From a virus, in IMG/VR virus record IMGVR_UViG_3300037521_000114, positions 37,195 to 101,194 of that record: DNA of 64,000 bases. One strand, 5' to 3'. The position numbers and the translations under genes were made by a program. The notes below the pieces were generated by a model that was not told where the DNA came from, searched no databases, and saw nothing but the letters and a program-made list of their open reading frames with translations. Shown piece after piece: positions 49,789 to 59,870 of this stretch. Every line of letters begins with the position of its first letter. Positions within the stretch are counted from its first letter, which is position 1.

Positions 49789-51094
49789 TAGAGAAAAATT
49801 ACAACAAGCAGCAAACAACGCCTTTATCAAGGCAGGTGGTAAAGGAACCATCTGTCTTGAGACAGGCTCCGGAAAAAGTAAAGTAGCGATTGACTTCATT
49901 AAAGAAAATGATGATGTACGTGAAATTTTAATTACTTCTCCGAGGACAAACCTTAAGAAAAACTGGCACGATGAGCTGGTTAAGTGGGGTTTAGAGCCTT
50001 GGAGAGATGGTCTATGGTCATTTGGAACAAGGCAATTGCATATTGTAATTGAAAATGTCCAGACTGCATACAAATGGACAGACAGGAAGTTTGATCTCAT
50101 TATTGGTGACGAGATTCACACAATGATGACAGCAGAATATTCCAAACTGTTTGAACGTACAAAATCAAAGTATTTAATGGGTCTTACTGCTACTCATGAT
50201 ATGACAGACGAGAACGACAAAGAGCTGTATTATAAGCAGTTTTGTCCTGTCATATTCGAGTACTACAACTCTGCTGAAGATGGACTAATTAACAAGACTC
50301 GATTCTTTATCGTGAACCATACCCTGAGTAATGATGACGAAGTCGTTATCACTCGGAAGGTGAAAGGTAAAGATGTCAAGGAAGTTATGGGTGAACTTGC
50401 GTATTATGAGTATATGACTGAGCGTATGAAATATGGTCAGCAACGCATGATGCAAGAGGGATCACAAGATTGGTTCGCTGATGCAAGAGAATGGTTTTGG
50501 AATGGTAAAGGGACACCTGCTCAGAAGGGTGCTTCTGCGATCTATTTGAACGCTATTAAAGCAAGAAAAACATTTCTGCTTAATGTGCCTTCAACTGCTC
50601 GTATAGCAGCTAAGATATCTGACGGTATCCGTAAAGCCATACCTGAATCCAAAGTACTTATATTCTCTGAACTTACAGCACAGGCAGATAAGATTTCTGC
50701 TGCTACAGTTCACTCACATCACGATAAGAAAGTCAATGCACAACATATTGCAGACTTTAATAATGGTGATTTGCGTCAACTTGGTAGCTGTAATTCGCTC
50801 ACACTTGGGTTGAATCTTGTAGGTGCAACTCATGCAGTATTAGAGAGTTATATTGGCTCAGCCACTCAGAGTAAACAGAAGAAGGGAAGGCTGGACAGAC
50901 TTGCGGCTGATGATCACGCTGATTTTTGGATACTCCGTGTACCCAATACTCAGAGTGATACTTGGTACAAGAAAATGACTAAGAAGTTTGATTTGAGTGA
51001 AGCTATGTATCTCTCAAGTGATTTTATTTTACGTGACGATTTCGATTATGAAAAATCTGAAATTAAAACAAAAGTCGCAAACACTAACCCTTAG
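49772..51094 (+). CDS. Superfamily 2 (DExH) helicase
   Basis: TGSGKS, DEIH, GLTAT, LGLNL, QKKGR motifs. Confidence 0.88.
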   Translation: MINVDNREKLQQAANNAFIKAGGKGTICLETGSGKSKVAIDFIKENDDVREILITSPRTNLKKNWHDELVKWGLEPWRDGLWSFGTRQLHIVIENVQTAYKWTDRKFDLIIGDEIHTMMTAEYSKLFERTKSKYLMGLTATHDMTDENDKELYYKQFCPVIFEYYNSAEDGLINKTRFFIVNHTLSNDDEVVITRKVKGKDVKEVMGELAYYEYMTERMKYGQQRMMQEGSQDWFADAREWFWNGKGTPAQKGASAIYLNAIKARKTFLLNVPSTARIAAKISDGIRKAIPESKVLIFSELTAQADKISAATVHSHHDKKVNAQHIADFNNGDLRQLGSCNSLTLGLNLVGATHAVLESYIGSATQSKQKKGRLDRLAADDHADFWILRVPNTQSDTWYKKMTKKFDLSEAMYLSSDFILRDDFDYEKSEIKTKVANTNP

Positions 51095-51214
51095 TATAGA
51101 CCCTGATGACAGGGTCACAACAGAACTCGCTGGTGGTTTAATTACCATCAGTGAGCTTCTACTGTTAGAAGAAGAAGATGTGCGACTTCAGTACAAACAT
51201 CTTAATTTGAAATT

Positions 51215-51823
51215 ATGATTGATCAGAGATACCTGACAATTTATAAGCAGTATCAACCAGCTATGACATTCAGAGAGTTCATACTGCTTATTCTTGTTTA
51301 TGAGGAAAAGTACGATTTCTTAGTGATCGCTCATGGTGACAATTTCATAGAGTTTACTCACGCTATCAGACAGTTAGAGAGTAGTGGACTCATAAAGTGG
51401 CATGGTGAGAATCCTGAAGAAGTTATCCTGCGTAAGGCAGGAGAGGATTTATTTAAAAAACATGTTGGAAAGAAGAAAAAGATATTTACAGCAAAAGAAG
51501 TAGGACAATGGTTCCAGTCTTGGCGAGAGATATTCCCAGAGGGTGTTAACTCCGGTGGTTATCGTTATCGTGGTGATAAGGCTGAAGGACTCAAAAAAAT
51601 GATTAAATTTGTCAACGACAATGACTATACAGTAGAACAGATATTCCAAGCTACAAGAGACCACGTAGAAAGATTTTCCTTTAAAGGTTACGCATATATG
51701 CAACAAGCACATTTCTTCATTTACAAGCAAGGTGTAGGATCGAATCTCGCAAATGAGTGCGAAAGTCTAAGTGAACGTAAACCTAAAAAGGAAGGAGAAC
51801 AGTATGGCAGATCAGTCGTCTAG
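51215..51823 (+). CDS. Conserved protein upstream of DnaB (possible initiator/loader)
   Basis: wHTH-like N-terminus (IRQLESSGLIKW); overlaps the dnaB start. Confidence 0.5.
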   Translation: MIDQRYLTIYKQYQPAMTFREFILLILVYEEKYDFLVIAHGDNFIEFTHAIRQLESSGLIKWHGENPEEVILRKAGEDLFKKHVGKKKKIFTAKEVGQWFQSWREIFPEGVNSGGYRYRGDKAEGLKKMIKFVNDNDYTVEQIFQATRDHVERFSFKGYAYMQQAHFFIYKQGVGSNLANECESLSERKPKKEGEQYGRSVV

Positions 51824-52757
51824 AATCCTACCAACCATATCCTTAGAAGACGCAGCTCGTAAAGAGTTACTCTACATGAAGGGTCGTATGGAAGGTAACA
51901 TCAAATCCCTCAAGACACCGTGGAAGAAATTCAATAAAGCGGGTATGGATGGTCTTGAATGGGGATCAATCATAACGATTGCAGGTATGTCAGGGAGTGG
52001 TAAAACAGCAATTCTCAATGAGTTAGAAACAGGTTTGTTTGAACTCAACCCAAACGAGAATTTCGCAGTACTATCATTCAATTTTGAAATGGTCGCAAGA
52101 AGATTAGTAGGCAGAAAGATTTCCAAGAAATTAAAAAGAACCACAACGCAACTCTACAACGCAGATTTAGATACTCCAAGCGCAAATATGACAAAGGATG
52201 TTTATCAGAAAGCAGTAGATTATGCAAAAAGCATTAAGGACTTACCCTTGTGGTATGTTGACATTCCCGGTACAGTACAAGAGATATGTAATACTGTAGA
52301 GTATTTTGCTATGGGAATGGAAGAAAATGTCGATAAGGCAGTCCTTGTCACGCTTGACCATTCGATTTTGGTCAAGAAGTTTGGTGAACAGAACCAGTTA
52401 CAAACTCTTTATGAGTTGGCTGCTATGTTCAATGGACTAAAGAAAAAAATCAAAGCATCGTTTGTTATTGTGAGTCAGTTAAATAGGGGCATTGAAAATG
52501 TAGATAGAATACAGAACAAGAACCTTCACTACCCACAAAAAAGCGATGTATTCGGGGCAGACGCATTGTACCAGTATAGTGACATATTTCTGGTTACTCA
52601 CCGTCCTGAAATGTTGAATCTCAGAGCGTACGGACCTTCTGATCTTGAAGTTAAGGATGTAGTTTATTGGCATTTCCTAAAACTCAGAGAAGGAGAACCA
52701 TTTATCGCTAAGATGAGAAACAACCTGAAATACAATCAAATCTTAGATTATGATTGA
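51804..52757 (+). CDS. dnaB: DnaB-like replicative helicase
   Basis: GMSGSGKT, FEM, LDH, VSQLNR, KLREG; likely start MADQSS. Confidence 0.9.
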   Translation: MADQSSRILPTISLEDAARKELLYMKGRMEGNIKSLKTPWKKFNKAGMDGLEWGSIITIAGMSGSGKTAILNELETGLFELNPNENFAVLSFNFEMVARRLVGRKISKKLKRTTTQLYNADLDTPSANMTKDVYQKAVDYAKSIKDLPLWYVDIPGTVQEICNTVEYFAMGMEENVDKAVLVTLDHSILVKKFGEQNQLQTLYELAAMFNGLKKKIKASFVIVSQLNRGIENVDRIQNKNLHYPQKSDVFGADALYQYSDIFLVTHRPEMLNLRAYGPSDLEVKDVVYWHFLKLREGEPFIAKMRNNLKYNQILDYD

Positions 52758-52782
52758 TGTCAAACCAAGTAATTTTTAAAAC

Positions 52783-53466
52783 ATGAGCGAGATTATTGCG
52801 GTAGTCGGTCAAACCGGCACTGGTAAGTCAACTTCAATTAAGAATCTTAACCCTAAGGAGACTGTTATCATTGGTATCATTGAGAAACAGCTTCCTTTTC
52901 GGGGATGGAAGAAGGACTTCACCACTGGAATCCAGCAAGGCGGTAATTTATTGGTAAGTCATGATTCAGCTCAGATCGTAAAAGTTCTGAAGTATATTAG
53001 TGCAAGCAGACCTGAAATTAAGCAGATTGTTATTGATGATTTTCAGTACATTATGAGTACTGAGTTCATGAATAGAGCTGCTGAAACAGGATGGCAGAAG
53101 TTCACTGATATTGCGAAGCACGTTTGGGATGTAATAAGCACCGCAAAGAGTCTCAGAGAAGACCTTAAAGTGTTCATCCTAAGCCATGATGAGATTATTA
53201 CCGAGAACTTTGCACCAAAGCGTAAGATTAAAACAATCGGAAAACTATTAGACGATAAAATTACACTCGAAGGATTATTTACCATAGTGCTTTTTACAGA
53301 TGTTCAGAAAAATAAGGATAAAGAAGGATTAGAATATAGTTTTATTACTCAGAATGATGGTACGACCACAGCGAAATCACCAGATGGAATGTTCGAGACT
53401 CTCAATGTCCCAAACGACCTTGCTGCTTTAATCAGTAAGATCAATGCGTACTACGAGGGCGATTAA
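52783..53466 (+). CDS. AAA P-loop ATPase (Sak4-like annealase)
   Basis: GQTGTGKST, VIDDFQY, AKSPDGMF. Confidence 0.8.
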   Translation: MSEIIAVVGQTGTGKSTSIKNLNPKETVIIGIIEKQLPFRGWKKDFTTGIQQGGNLLVSHDSAQIVKVLKYISASRPEIKQIVIDDFQYIMSTEFMNRAAETGWQKFTDIAKHVWDVISTAKSLREDLKVFILSHDEIITENFAPKRKIKTIGKLLDDKITLEGLFTIVLFTDVQKNKDKEGLEYSFITQNDGTTTAKSPDGMFETLNVPNDLAALISKINAYYEGD

Positions 53467-53498
53467 CCTTATTTTCTAACAATGTAAATTTTAAATCA

Positions 53499-54284
53499 AT
53501 GGGATTTAATTCAAATGCGTCAGATAAACCAGTTTTCAAAGAGATTAAACTCTATACAGGTTTACATAACCTGAAGGTCGTAGCTATCAATCCAACCAAA
53601 TCTGAGTTGGAGAAGATGGGTTATAAACCTCAAAATGATCCGGTTTACCTCACTGAAGAGGAAAAAGTGACGAAGCTCAGATTGGATTTTCACCTGCTTG
53701 GTACTGCTCCTAACGGAGACAATATCATGACCAAGGTGGCTTTCTTTCTTGAGAATCAGCACAGAGTCAATAAAGACGGTACTAAGAGTGAGTTCATAAA
53801 TGACTTTGGTCGGACTGCTTGGAGTATTGAAGGAGATATTGAGAACCCTCCTACAGGTCTGACATGGTTCAAGCATGAGACTGCTCGACGGTCTTATGTA
53901 GGTGAAGCTGATGTTCATCTGTTCCTCGTGAACTGGTTGAATATTGGACCAGAAGATGAAGCAAAGCTGGAAAAATACCTCTCTTTATTTGAGGAGGATT
54001 ACAGTGAACTTCTTGGACTTCTCGGAGGAAACAGTGACAACGAGATTCGTGTCCTGTTGACCGTGAGGGACAGCAAATACCAAAGTGTCTATAACAGGTA
54101 CTTTGATCGTGCTTCCAACAAGAGGACTAACTATTGGGACTCCCATATCAAGAGTCAAACTGCCAATGGTTATGCCTTGAAGGAAGATTACAGCAACTCC
54201 CTGCATTTTCAGGAGTGGGTTGAAGCACCAACCTCACCTGAGGCAGGAGCAGGAGCACCGAAGAAGGAAGACGACCCGTTTTAG
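53499..54284 (+). CDS. Putative ssDNA-binding protein
   Basis: Adjacent to the Sak4-like ATPase; flexible tail ending EDDPF like SSB C-termini. Confidence 0.55.
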   Translation: MGFNSNASDKPVFKEIKLYTGLHNLKVVAINPTKSELEKMGYKPQNDPVYLTEEEKVTKLRLDFHLLGTAPNGDNIMTKVAFFLENQHRVNKDGTKSEFINDFGRTAWSIEGDIENPPTGLTWFKHETARRSYVGEADVHLFLVNWLNIGPEDEAKLEKYLSLFEEDYSELLGLLGGNSDNEIRVLLTVRDSKYQSVYNRYFDRASNKRTNYWDSHIKSQTANGYALKEDYSNSLHFQEWVEAPTSPEAGAGAPKKEDDPF

Positions 54285-54295
54285 TATAATTTGAT

Positions 54296-55330
54296 ATGGC
54301 ATTTTCTACACCTGACAGTAAACTTACCAAGGAAAATATTCTCAAGAAACTTGATAGCTATCAGCTATTTAAGGCTTACTGCAAGAATTTTGTAGCTCTT
54401 GATAAGATGTTCAAAAGTGAGTTTCGTAAGGATAGTAAACCATCGTGCCATATCATCGTATGGGAAGGAGACCTTCTATATAAAGATTTTGGAGATAAAG
54501 GATACCGTATATTTGATTACATCGGACGTAAGCATGACACTGATTTTTTAGGAGCATTGAAAATTGTGAACAAAGACTTTAATTTGGGTCTTGGTTCTAC
54601 CTCAATGAGTAGTCCCTCTCTGGTAACTCCGGAGAGGGCTACTTTTGATATAGATCAATTTGAACGTAAACCTACAATTATTGATGTCAAGAAACGTAGA
54701 TGGACAAGTGCAGACAGAGCATATTGGGCACAGTATGAAATACCGCCAAAGCTCCTATTGTATCATAAAATCTACTCTATTGAAGCCTACATGATTGACA
54801 GTAAATTTCAGGATAATGTATCCTATCGTGTCAATCCCTACCAACTTGTCTATGTAATGGATTACTATTGGCACGATGGTATATTCCGAAGGAAGTTATA
54901 CTTTCCTCAGAATACAGGTAGAAATAGATTCATATCCAATGTCGATAATACTATAGTACAGGGATGGACTCTCCTTCCAAAGAACGGAAGTGACATTCTC
55001 TTCGTAACCAAGAGTTATAAGGATATTTTGACCTTTAACTTACATGGTTATTGGGCGATAGCTCCCAATAGTGAACAATCGTTTATACCAGAACAAGTAA
55101 TGGATAAACTGAAGCAAAGATTCAGTAACATATTTGTGTGGTTCGATAACGATGAGAGTGGTATAGATGGTGGCAAATCCTTTGCAAAAAGATTTAAGCT
55201 GATTTCTACTCATAATCCTATTGGTGAACCTAAAGACCCTTCTGATTACGTGAAAGAATATGGCTCGAAAGAGTTTGATACACTTGTAACTCAATTCTTA
55301 GATGAACGACATAATAGTTATCGTCCGTGA
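54296..55330 (+). CDS. DNA primase (TOPRIM)
   Basis: FRKDSKPSC, YKDFG, TKSYKD, WFDND, KDPSD. Confidence 0.85.
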   Translation: MAFSTPDSKLTKENILKKLDSYQLFKAYCKNFVALDKMFKSEFRKDSKPSCHIIVWEGDLLYKDFGDKGYRIFDYIGRKHDTDFLGALKIVNKDFNLGLGSTSMSSPSLVTPERATFDIDQFERKPTIIDVKKRRWTSADRAYWAQYEIPPKLLLYHKIYSIEAYMIDSKFQDNVSYRVNPYQLVYVMDYYWHDGIFRRKLYFPQNTGRNRFISNVDNTIVQGWTLLPKNGSDILFVTKSYKDILTFNLHGYWAIAPNSEQSFIPEQVMDKLKQRFSNIFVWFDNDESGIDGGKSFAKRFKLISTHNPIGEPKDPSDYVKEYGSKEFDTLVTQFLDERHNSYRP

Positions 55331-55796
55331 CTTTGAGTATAGGTATTGTTTAGCAAAGAAGACAAGAAAGACAGGGAATCCTAAGTGGTGGACTATCAAT
55401 GGTCAAGGACTATATAGTGCTACCCTACATTTCCGAGCCAGAGATAAGCTAACAAAGTATTTCCACAAGTATCTATCAAAATATATCAAGCGACAGATTT
55501 CCAGAGAACAAATTATCGAGCTTAACAATCACATTTTTCCCGGCTCATCCTTAAAACTATCCATTTCCTTAGACATTTACGACATACGTAGAGGCAAGAT
55601 GCCTGACGTGAGTAATCTATGGTTATGGACCAAATGGTTTGAGGACGCTTTGCAGGAGTCACGAATAATTCCGGACGATAATCCGGACTATGTACAGGAA
55701 AGCGGACGCACTCGCTATCATTTCGTTGATAGTCAAGAGGAGCGTAGACTCGTTTTCAAATTGAGACTTATAGATATTAACAAAAAAACCTTATGA
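55302..55796 (+). CDS. RusA-like Holliday junction resolvase
   Basis: PDVSNL..KWFEDAL...IIPDDN. Confidence 0.7.
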   Translation: MNDIIVIVRDFEYRYCLAKKTRKTGNPKWWTINGQGLYSATLHFRARDKLTKYFHKYLSKYIKRQISREQIIELNNHIFPGSSLKLSISLDIYDIRRGKMPDVSNLWLWTKWFEDALQESRIIPDDNPDYVQESGRTRYHFVDSQEERRLVFKLRLIDINKKTL

Positions 55797-56578
55797 TCAT
55801 GAGGAAAGCAATATTGAAATTGACCACCCAAAAAGACCTGATCAATCATCAAACCGATGCAAGAACATTCGGTGAGCTGAAAAAAGAAATGAAGCAGGTC
55901 AAATGGAGTGGAATGAGGGTAGTGGAACGTTCCACTAAAGCTACTCTTCAGATGGACGATGCTACTCTCCCACAGGGAGATTTCGTCCTGTTTCTTGTAC
56001 CTGAGAAGGTCAAGAGTGGAAAGAAAACCAGTGGTGGTACTGAGGAACTCAGCAAGAATATTGAAGAGTGTTCCTACAATGAGTGTAGGAGTCACATGAG
56101 CTGGTTGAACCGGAACAAGGATGCAAATCTGGATATGTCCGGTGGTACTGCTTCCCTTCAGATGCAGTTGAGCAAGTATTACAAGAAGAATCCTGCTGGT
56201 ACATCTGCTACTAAGAAAGTAGCTCCAAAAGCAGCTCCTAAAGCTGAGGCTAAGAAGCCTGTAGCAAAGAAGCCTGAACCTGCTCCTGAAGCTGTTCCTG
56301 AAATGAGCAAGAAGGAGAAGAAAGCTGCTAAAAAGGCTGCGAAAGCTGCTAAAAATCAGCAAGAAGAAGCTCCTGTACCAACCGATCCTATCGAGATCAT
56401 TGAAGCATCTCGTGAGAAGATCAACAAGGCTGTTGATCAGATCGTGCTGGAATTGATTGAGAATGGTGGAACTGTACCTGCTGTACTTCAGTACACTGAG
56501 GATGATCTCAACAAAGAGATGAATAAAATCCACAATGCACTGAGAACCAGTAGGACTAATGCAGTTTACATCCAGTAG
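55793..56578 (+). CDS. Putative ubiquitin-like (beta-grasp) protein precursor with C-terminal extension
   Basis: First ~76 aa follow a beta-grasp pattern (TFGELKKEM helix, DDATLP, FVLFLVP strand) ending KVKSG; then a small helical domain and a K/A/P-rich tail; first gene of the E2-JAB-E1 cluster. Confidence 0.65.
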   Translation: MIMRKAILKLTTQKDLINHQTDARTFGELKKEMKQVKWSGMRVVERSTKATLQMDDATLPQGDFVLFLVPEKVKSGKKTSGGTEELSKNIEECSYNECRSHMSWLNRNKDANLDMSGGTASLQMQLSKYYKKNPAGTSATKKVAPKAAPKAEAKKPVAKKPEPAPEAVPEMSKKEKKAAKKAAKAAKNQQEEAPVPTDPIEIIEASREKINKAVDQIVLELIENGGTVPAVLQYTEDDLNKEMNKIHNALRTSRTNAVYIQ

Positions 56579-56600
56579 AAGTTGTTTGTGGTTTTTACAT

Positions 56601-56641
56601 GAAGGGGTGTGAGGGAGTGATCCTTTGCACCTCTTCCTTTT
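56601..56641 (+). terminator. Strong hairpin (terminator/attenuator) between Ubl and E2 genes
   Basis: 16-bp stem GAAGGGGTGTGAGGGA / TCCTTTGCACCTCTTC with GTGA loop, followed by CTTTT. Confidence 0.6.
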
Positions 56642-56653
56642 AAATAGATAGCT

Positions 56654-58687
56654 ATGAACATAGATCAAAACGAAAGACCTGAAGAAGGACCTGATGAAGA
56701 GGAAATTACTGATCATCAAGCTGTTGCTGATGTACTTAGTAATGGAGAAACTTATGAGAATCTTACTTTAGATGGTTTAAGAGAAGTTGTAGAGGATGTT
56801 TTAGGAGAAGCAGATGAGGAAGTTGTACAAGAAATGGCTCAAGTTGAAAGGATTTTAGATGCTTCTGATACAGCAAGAGTATCACGGATTGATACGTCAA
56901 TGATTCCACCGGGAATGAGTGTAGAAGATTATGTAGAACATTATCGAGCTACAGGAACTCTTATTACTGAATCCACTGCTATTCCATCATCTTATCAAGG
57001 TAGTTCTACTGACGCAACTAATGTGTCATCACCTACTCAGACAACTGATGCAATAGCACTTGATGAGGAACTGGCTCAAACTATCGGTAGATTGGTTGAT
57101 GAGGGTACAGTTGTAATTGATCCAGAGGAAGGTGCTGCTGTCATATTAGGTGGAGAGGAACAAAAACCTGAACCACCAAAAGATGAGACTCCCAAGCAGA
57201 GGAGAGCAAGACAGCGTAAGGAAAATCCTGATCATTACAAGCAGGTTGCAACCCTTCATCTTGCTGATAAGCATATTCGTCAGAAAATGCAACTCAGGCA
57301 AAAGACCAGAGTAATGATTAGTGATGGTACTGTGAAGCCTAATGAACTGTTTATCACTACCAATGGGATTATATTCTCAACAAGTGATGAGATTACTTTC
57401 AACAATCCTAATATGACACAGCACACTATCATATTTGACAAGAACTTTAATGAGATTTCTTCTGTACGAAGTAAATCACATCGCTTTAAGCGAGTGTACC
57501 TGAAGCAGATAGGTCTCGATAATGTTCGTGCAAATCCTAATATTCATAAAGGAGTTGTCGTTGAAAGAGATGTGTTTATGGAATCCAAAGGTCGGAAATT
57601 GAAAATTATCCGAAGAAAAGATATGCCTTTCCATAGTATTATGCAATGCAGGAAAATTATCGTAAAAGGTTTTGAAAGAGCAGAGAGAAGTATCAACTGG
57701 TTAGTATCAAGTTTAAGGAATGTTTTCCCGGAAGAAGACTTTGATGTATTCTATCCGGTAAGCAACCATGATACTGAAGTTATGTTCACTATTATGATGC
57801 GTTTCAGAGATATTGAAATAACAAATTCGATTGAACTGACACATCAGATTGGTGATATGATTGTCAAGATGTATGGTACTTGTTATCCTACAAAAGAAGG
57901 TGTTAGGGTAGCAATGTCATCAGGTGTATATGGAACCAGAATGACATTCGATATAACAGATGCTATTTCAAAATATCAACATTCTCACCTTCCTTCAGCA
58001 CTGAACAACTTTAATAGTTTCTGTACAGGAGAACAATATTATGGATCAGACGGAATGTTAGATAACATGACATTTGAATCACTTCTGTATCGTCTTGGTG
58101 AGCTTGTCAGGTGGGAATCCCTTGAGGGTGGACCACACATGAGGATGGAGAATATTTCATTACTTGGAAATAGGTTTAGTCTAAAAAGCGATTTTAGTCG
58201 TAAAGACGGATACACAAAAAGGCTTATTCATGTTATCAAAGAGAAGCCTGAAGGATTCGATGTATTTGCAAGCTGCTTCTCTATCTATAATGATAAGGGT
58301 GTAGTACGTTTTAGAGCTGATAAACCAAGATTTTACTCGACATTTATTAAAACTATTGGTAAGCAGAATATCAAGAATATTCATGCTTCCTCAGGTATGG
58401 ATTTATATTCTTATGATGAATCTACTAATGTTTTCAAGATGATTAAATCACGAAGGGTAAATAGTCCGAAAGAAATGCGTAAAAAGGCAATCGCTAATTT
58501 ACAATCCTTTCAGCCTATCTATATGAATGGAAAGTATAATCGTATAATACTTGATAGTACTGATTCTGAAGACCTTATAAATCAATTAAATTTGTGCCCT
58601 CATCCTAATACGATGGATGATATTGCGAACCATATACTGTTTAAATTAACTGAAAAATTAAATGAGCATGGGAAAACCAGCGAATAA
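56654..58687 (+). CDS. Putative E2/UBC-like conjugating enzyme with long acidic N-terminal extension
   Basis: YQHSHLP-x-FCTG (H443-x-H445, C457) resembles the E2 HPN/HPH...C motif; then a helix and WESLEGGP; sits between Ubl and JAB genes. Confidence 0.6.
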   Translation: MNIDQNERPEEGPDEEEITDHQAVADVLSNGETYENLTLDGLREVVEDVLGEADEEVVQEMAQVERILDASDTARVSRIDTSMIPPGMSVEDYVEHYRATGTLITESTAIPSSYQGSSTDATNVSSPTQTTDAIALDEELAQTIGRLVDEGTVVIDPEEGAAVILGGEEQKPEPPKDETPKQRRARQRKENPDHYKQVATLHLADKHIRQKMQLRQKTRVMISDGTVKPNELFITTNGIIFSTSDEITFNNPNMTQHTIIFDKNFNEISSVRSKSHRFKRVYLKQIGLDNVRANPNIHKGVVVERDVFMESKGRKLKIIRRKDMPFHSIMQCRKIIVKGFERAERSINWLVSSLRNVFPEEDFDVFYPVSNHDTEVMFTIMMRFRDIEITNSIELTHQIGDMIVKMYGTCYPTKEGVRVAMSSGVYGTRMTFDITDAISKYQHSHLPSALNNFNSFCTGEQYYGSDGMLDNMTFESLLYRLGELVRWESLEGGPHMRMENISLLGNRFSLKSDFSRKDGYTKRLIHVIKEKPEGFDVFASCFSIYNDKGVVRFRADKPRFYSTFIKTIGKQNIKNIHASSGMDLYSYDESTNVFKMIKSRRVNSPKEMRKKAIANLQSFQPIYMNGKYNRIILDSTDSEDLINQLNLCPHPNTMDDIANHILFKLTEKLNEHGKTSE

Positions 58688-59870
58688 TAAAAAAGAGAAG
58701 GTTGAATATCCCCTGTATGAGATGGAAGAAAAAGGTAAATTGATTTTGCCACCTGAAATCTTATCACAGATTACATTCCTTCATTCCCATGTTGGGAGAA
58801 CGGAGTGGTCAGGGATGCTATTGTATGATGTGATCAATGGTAATCCTTCAAAGCCTGAAACTTTCGAGCTTGAGGTAAAACACATTTTCCTGATGGACAT
58901 TGGTTCAGCAGCTTATACCGAATATGAAGCAGATGGTGACATTGTGGACATCTATGACAACATTCCTGAAGCAATGGAATGGAAGACAGGTCATGTTCAC
59001 AGTCATCATGATATGACCACATATTTCTCTACTACAGATATGGGTGAACTTCACGATAACGTGGATAAGCACAACTATTATCTGTCTCTGATCGTGGCTT
59101 TCAACGGCAGTTATACTGCTAAAGTTGCGTTCCTGAGTGACATGGAGACTACATCCAAGATGACTTTCAAGGATGATTCTGGTAACATCAAGAGTTTCAA
59201 GCAGAAGAAAATGGAGAGGCACATGGTTGTTATCAACATGAGGATTCTGTTTGCTGAACTTGGTGGATTCTTTTCTGCTCGTTTAACTGAACTTGTTGCA
59301 AAAGAAGAAGCAGCAAAGGAGGCAGCAGAAAAGGCAGCAGAAAAGGAAAGAACGAAAGCTGGTTATAAATATGGAGGATATGGTGGTCAACACAATAGTC
59401 ATTTCCATAATCAGAATATGGATGAACTTCCACGTCATTCTATCGGGAGTAAAATCATTCCTGACAAAATGACATCTTGGGAGATCGAAAACCTGACAAA
59501 AAGCATATTGATGCTTGAGGCTCATCCAGCAGGAAACGTCTATTCAATTCTGCATCAGGTGGCTCGTGAGGATCAGAATATGGACCTTTATCCAGACTAT
59601 TTAATGTGTAATGCCGAAGCTATAATTGATGAGTATTTTGATGATCCTTTAGCTGACGATGAATATGCTATCGTCATAAAAGAATGTATCATGTGTATCA
59701 AGAAATACGAAGGCGTTGTTGCTCTTGCACCGATTACCACAGTAATTTGTGAATCTCTCGCTGTAATTGCTCAAGGATACGAGGAAGGCGGTGTGCGTGA
59801 GGTTGACCAAGAGGATGAAGGAAGCATAGCAGCACAACTGGAAAAAGCAGAAAAGGAGCTTAAATTATGA
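58662..59870 (+). CDS. JAB/MPN (JAMM) metalloprotease
   Basis: TEWSG glutamate plus HSHHDMTTYFSTTD, an exact HxHx7Sx2D motif. Confidence 0.88.
   Translation: MSMGKPANNKKEKVEYPLYEMEEKGKLILPPEILSQITFLHSHVGRTEWSGMLLYDVINGNPSKPETFELEVKHIFLMDIGSAAYTEYEADGDIVDIYDNIPEAMEWKTGHVHSHHDMTTYFSTTDMGELHDNVDKHNYYLSLIVAFNGSYTAKVAFLSDMETTSKMTFKDDSGNIKSFKQKKMERHMVVINMRILFAELGGFFSARLTELVAKEEAAKEAAEKAAEKERTKAGYKYGGYGGQHNSHFHNQNMDELPRHSIGSKIIPDKMTSWEIENLTKSILMLEAHPAGNVYSILHQVAREDQNMDLYPDYLMCNAEAIIDEYFDDPLADDEYAIVIKECIMCIKKYEGVVALAPITTVICESLAVIAQGYEEGGVREVDQEDEGSIAAQLEKAEKELKL

Noticed and set aside
27082-52757. Introns or inteins in MCP, TerL, PolB or DnaB
   Set aside because: ORFs are continuous and of ordinary size; no intein or homing endonuclease motifs seen.
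55733-56719. 328-aa minus-strand ORF
   Set aside because: Antisense shadow of the codon-biased Ubl gene; F/L/S-rich with no recognisable motif.
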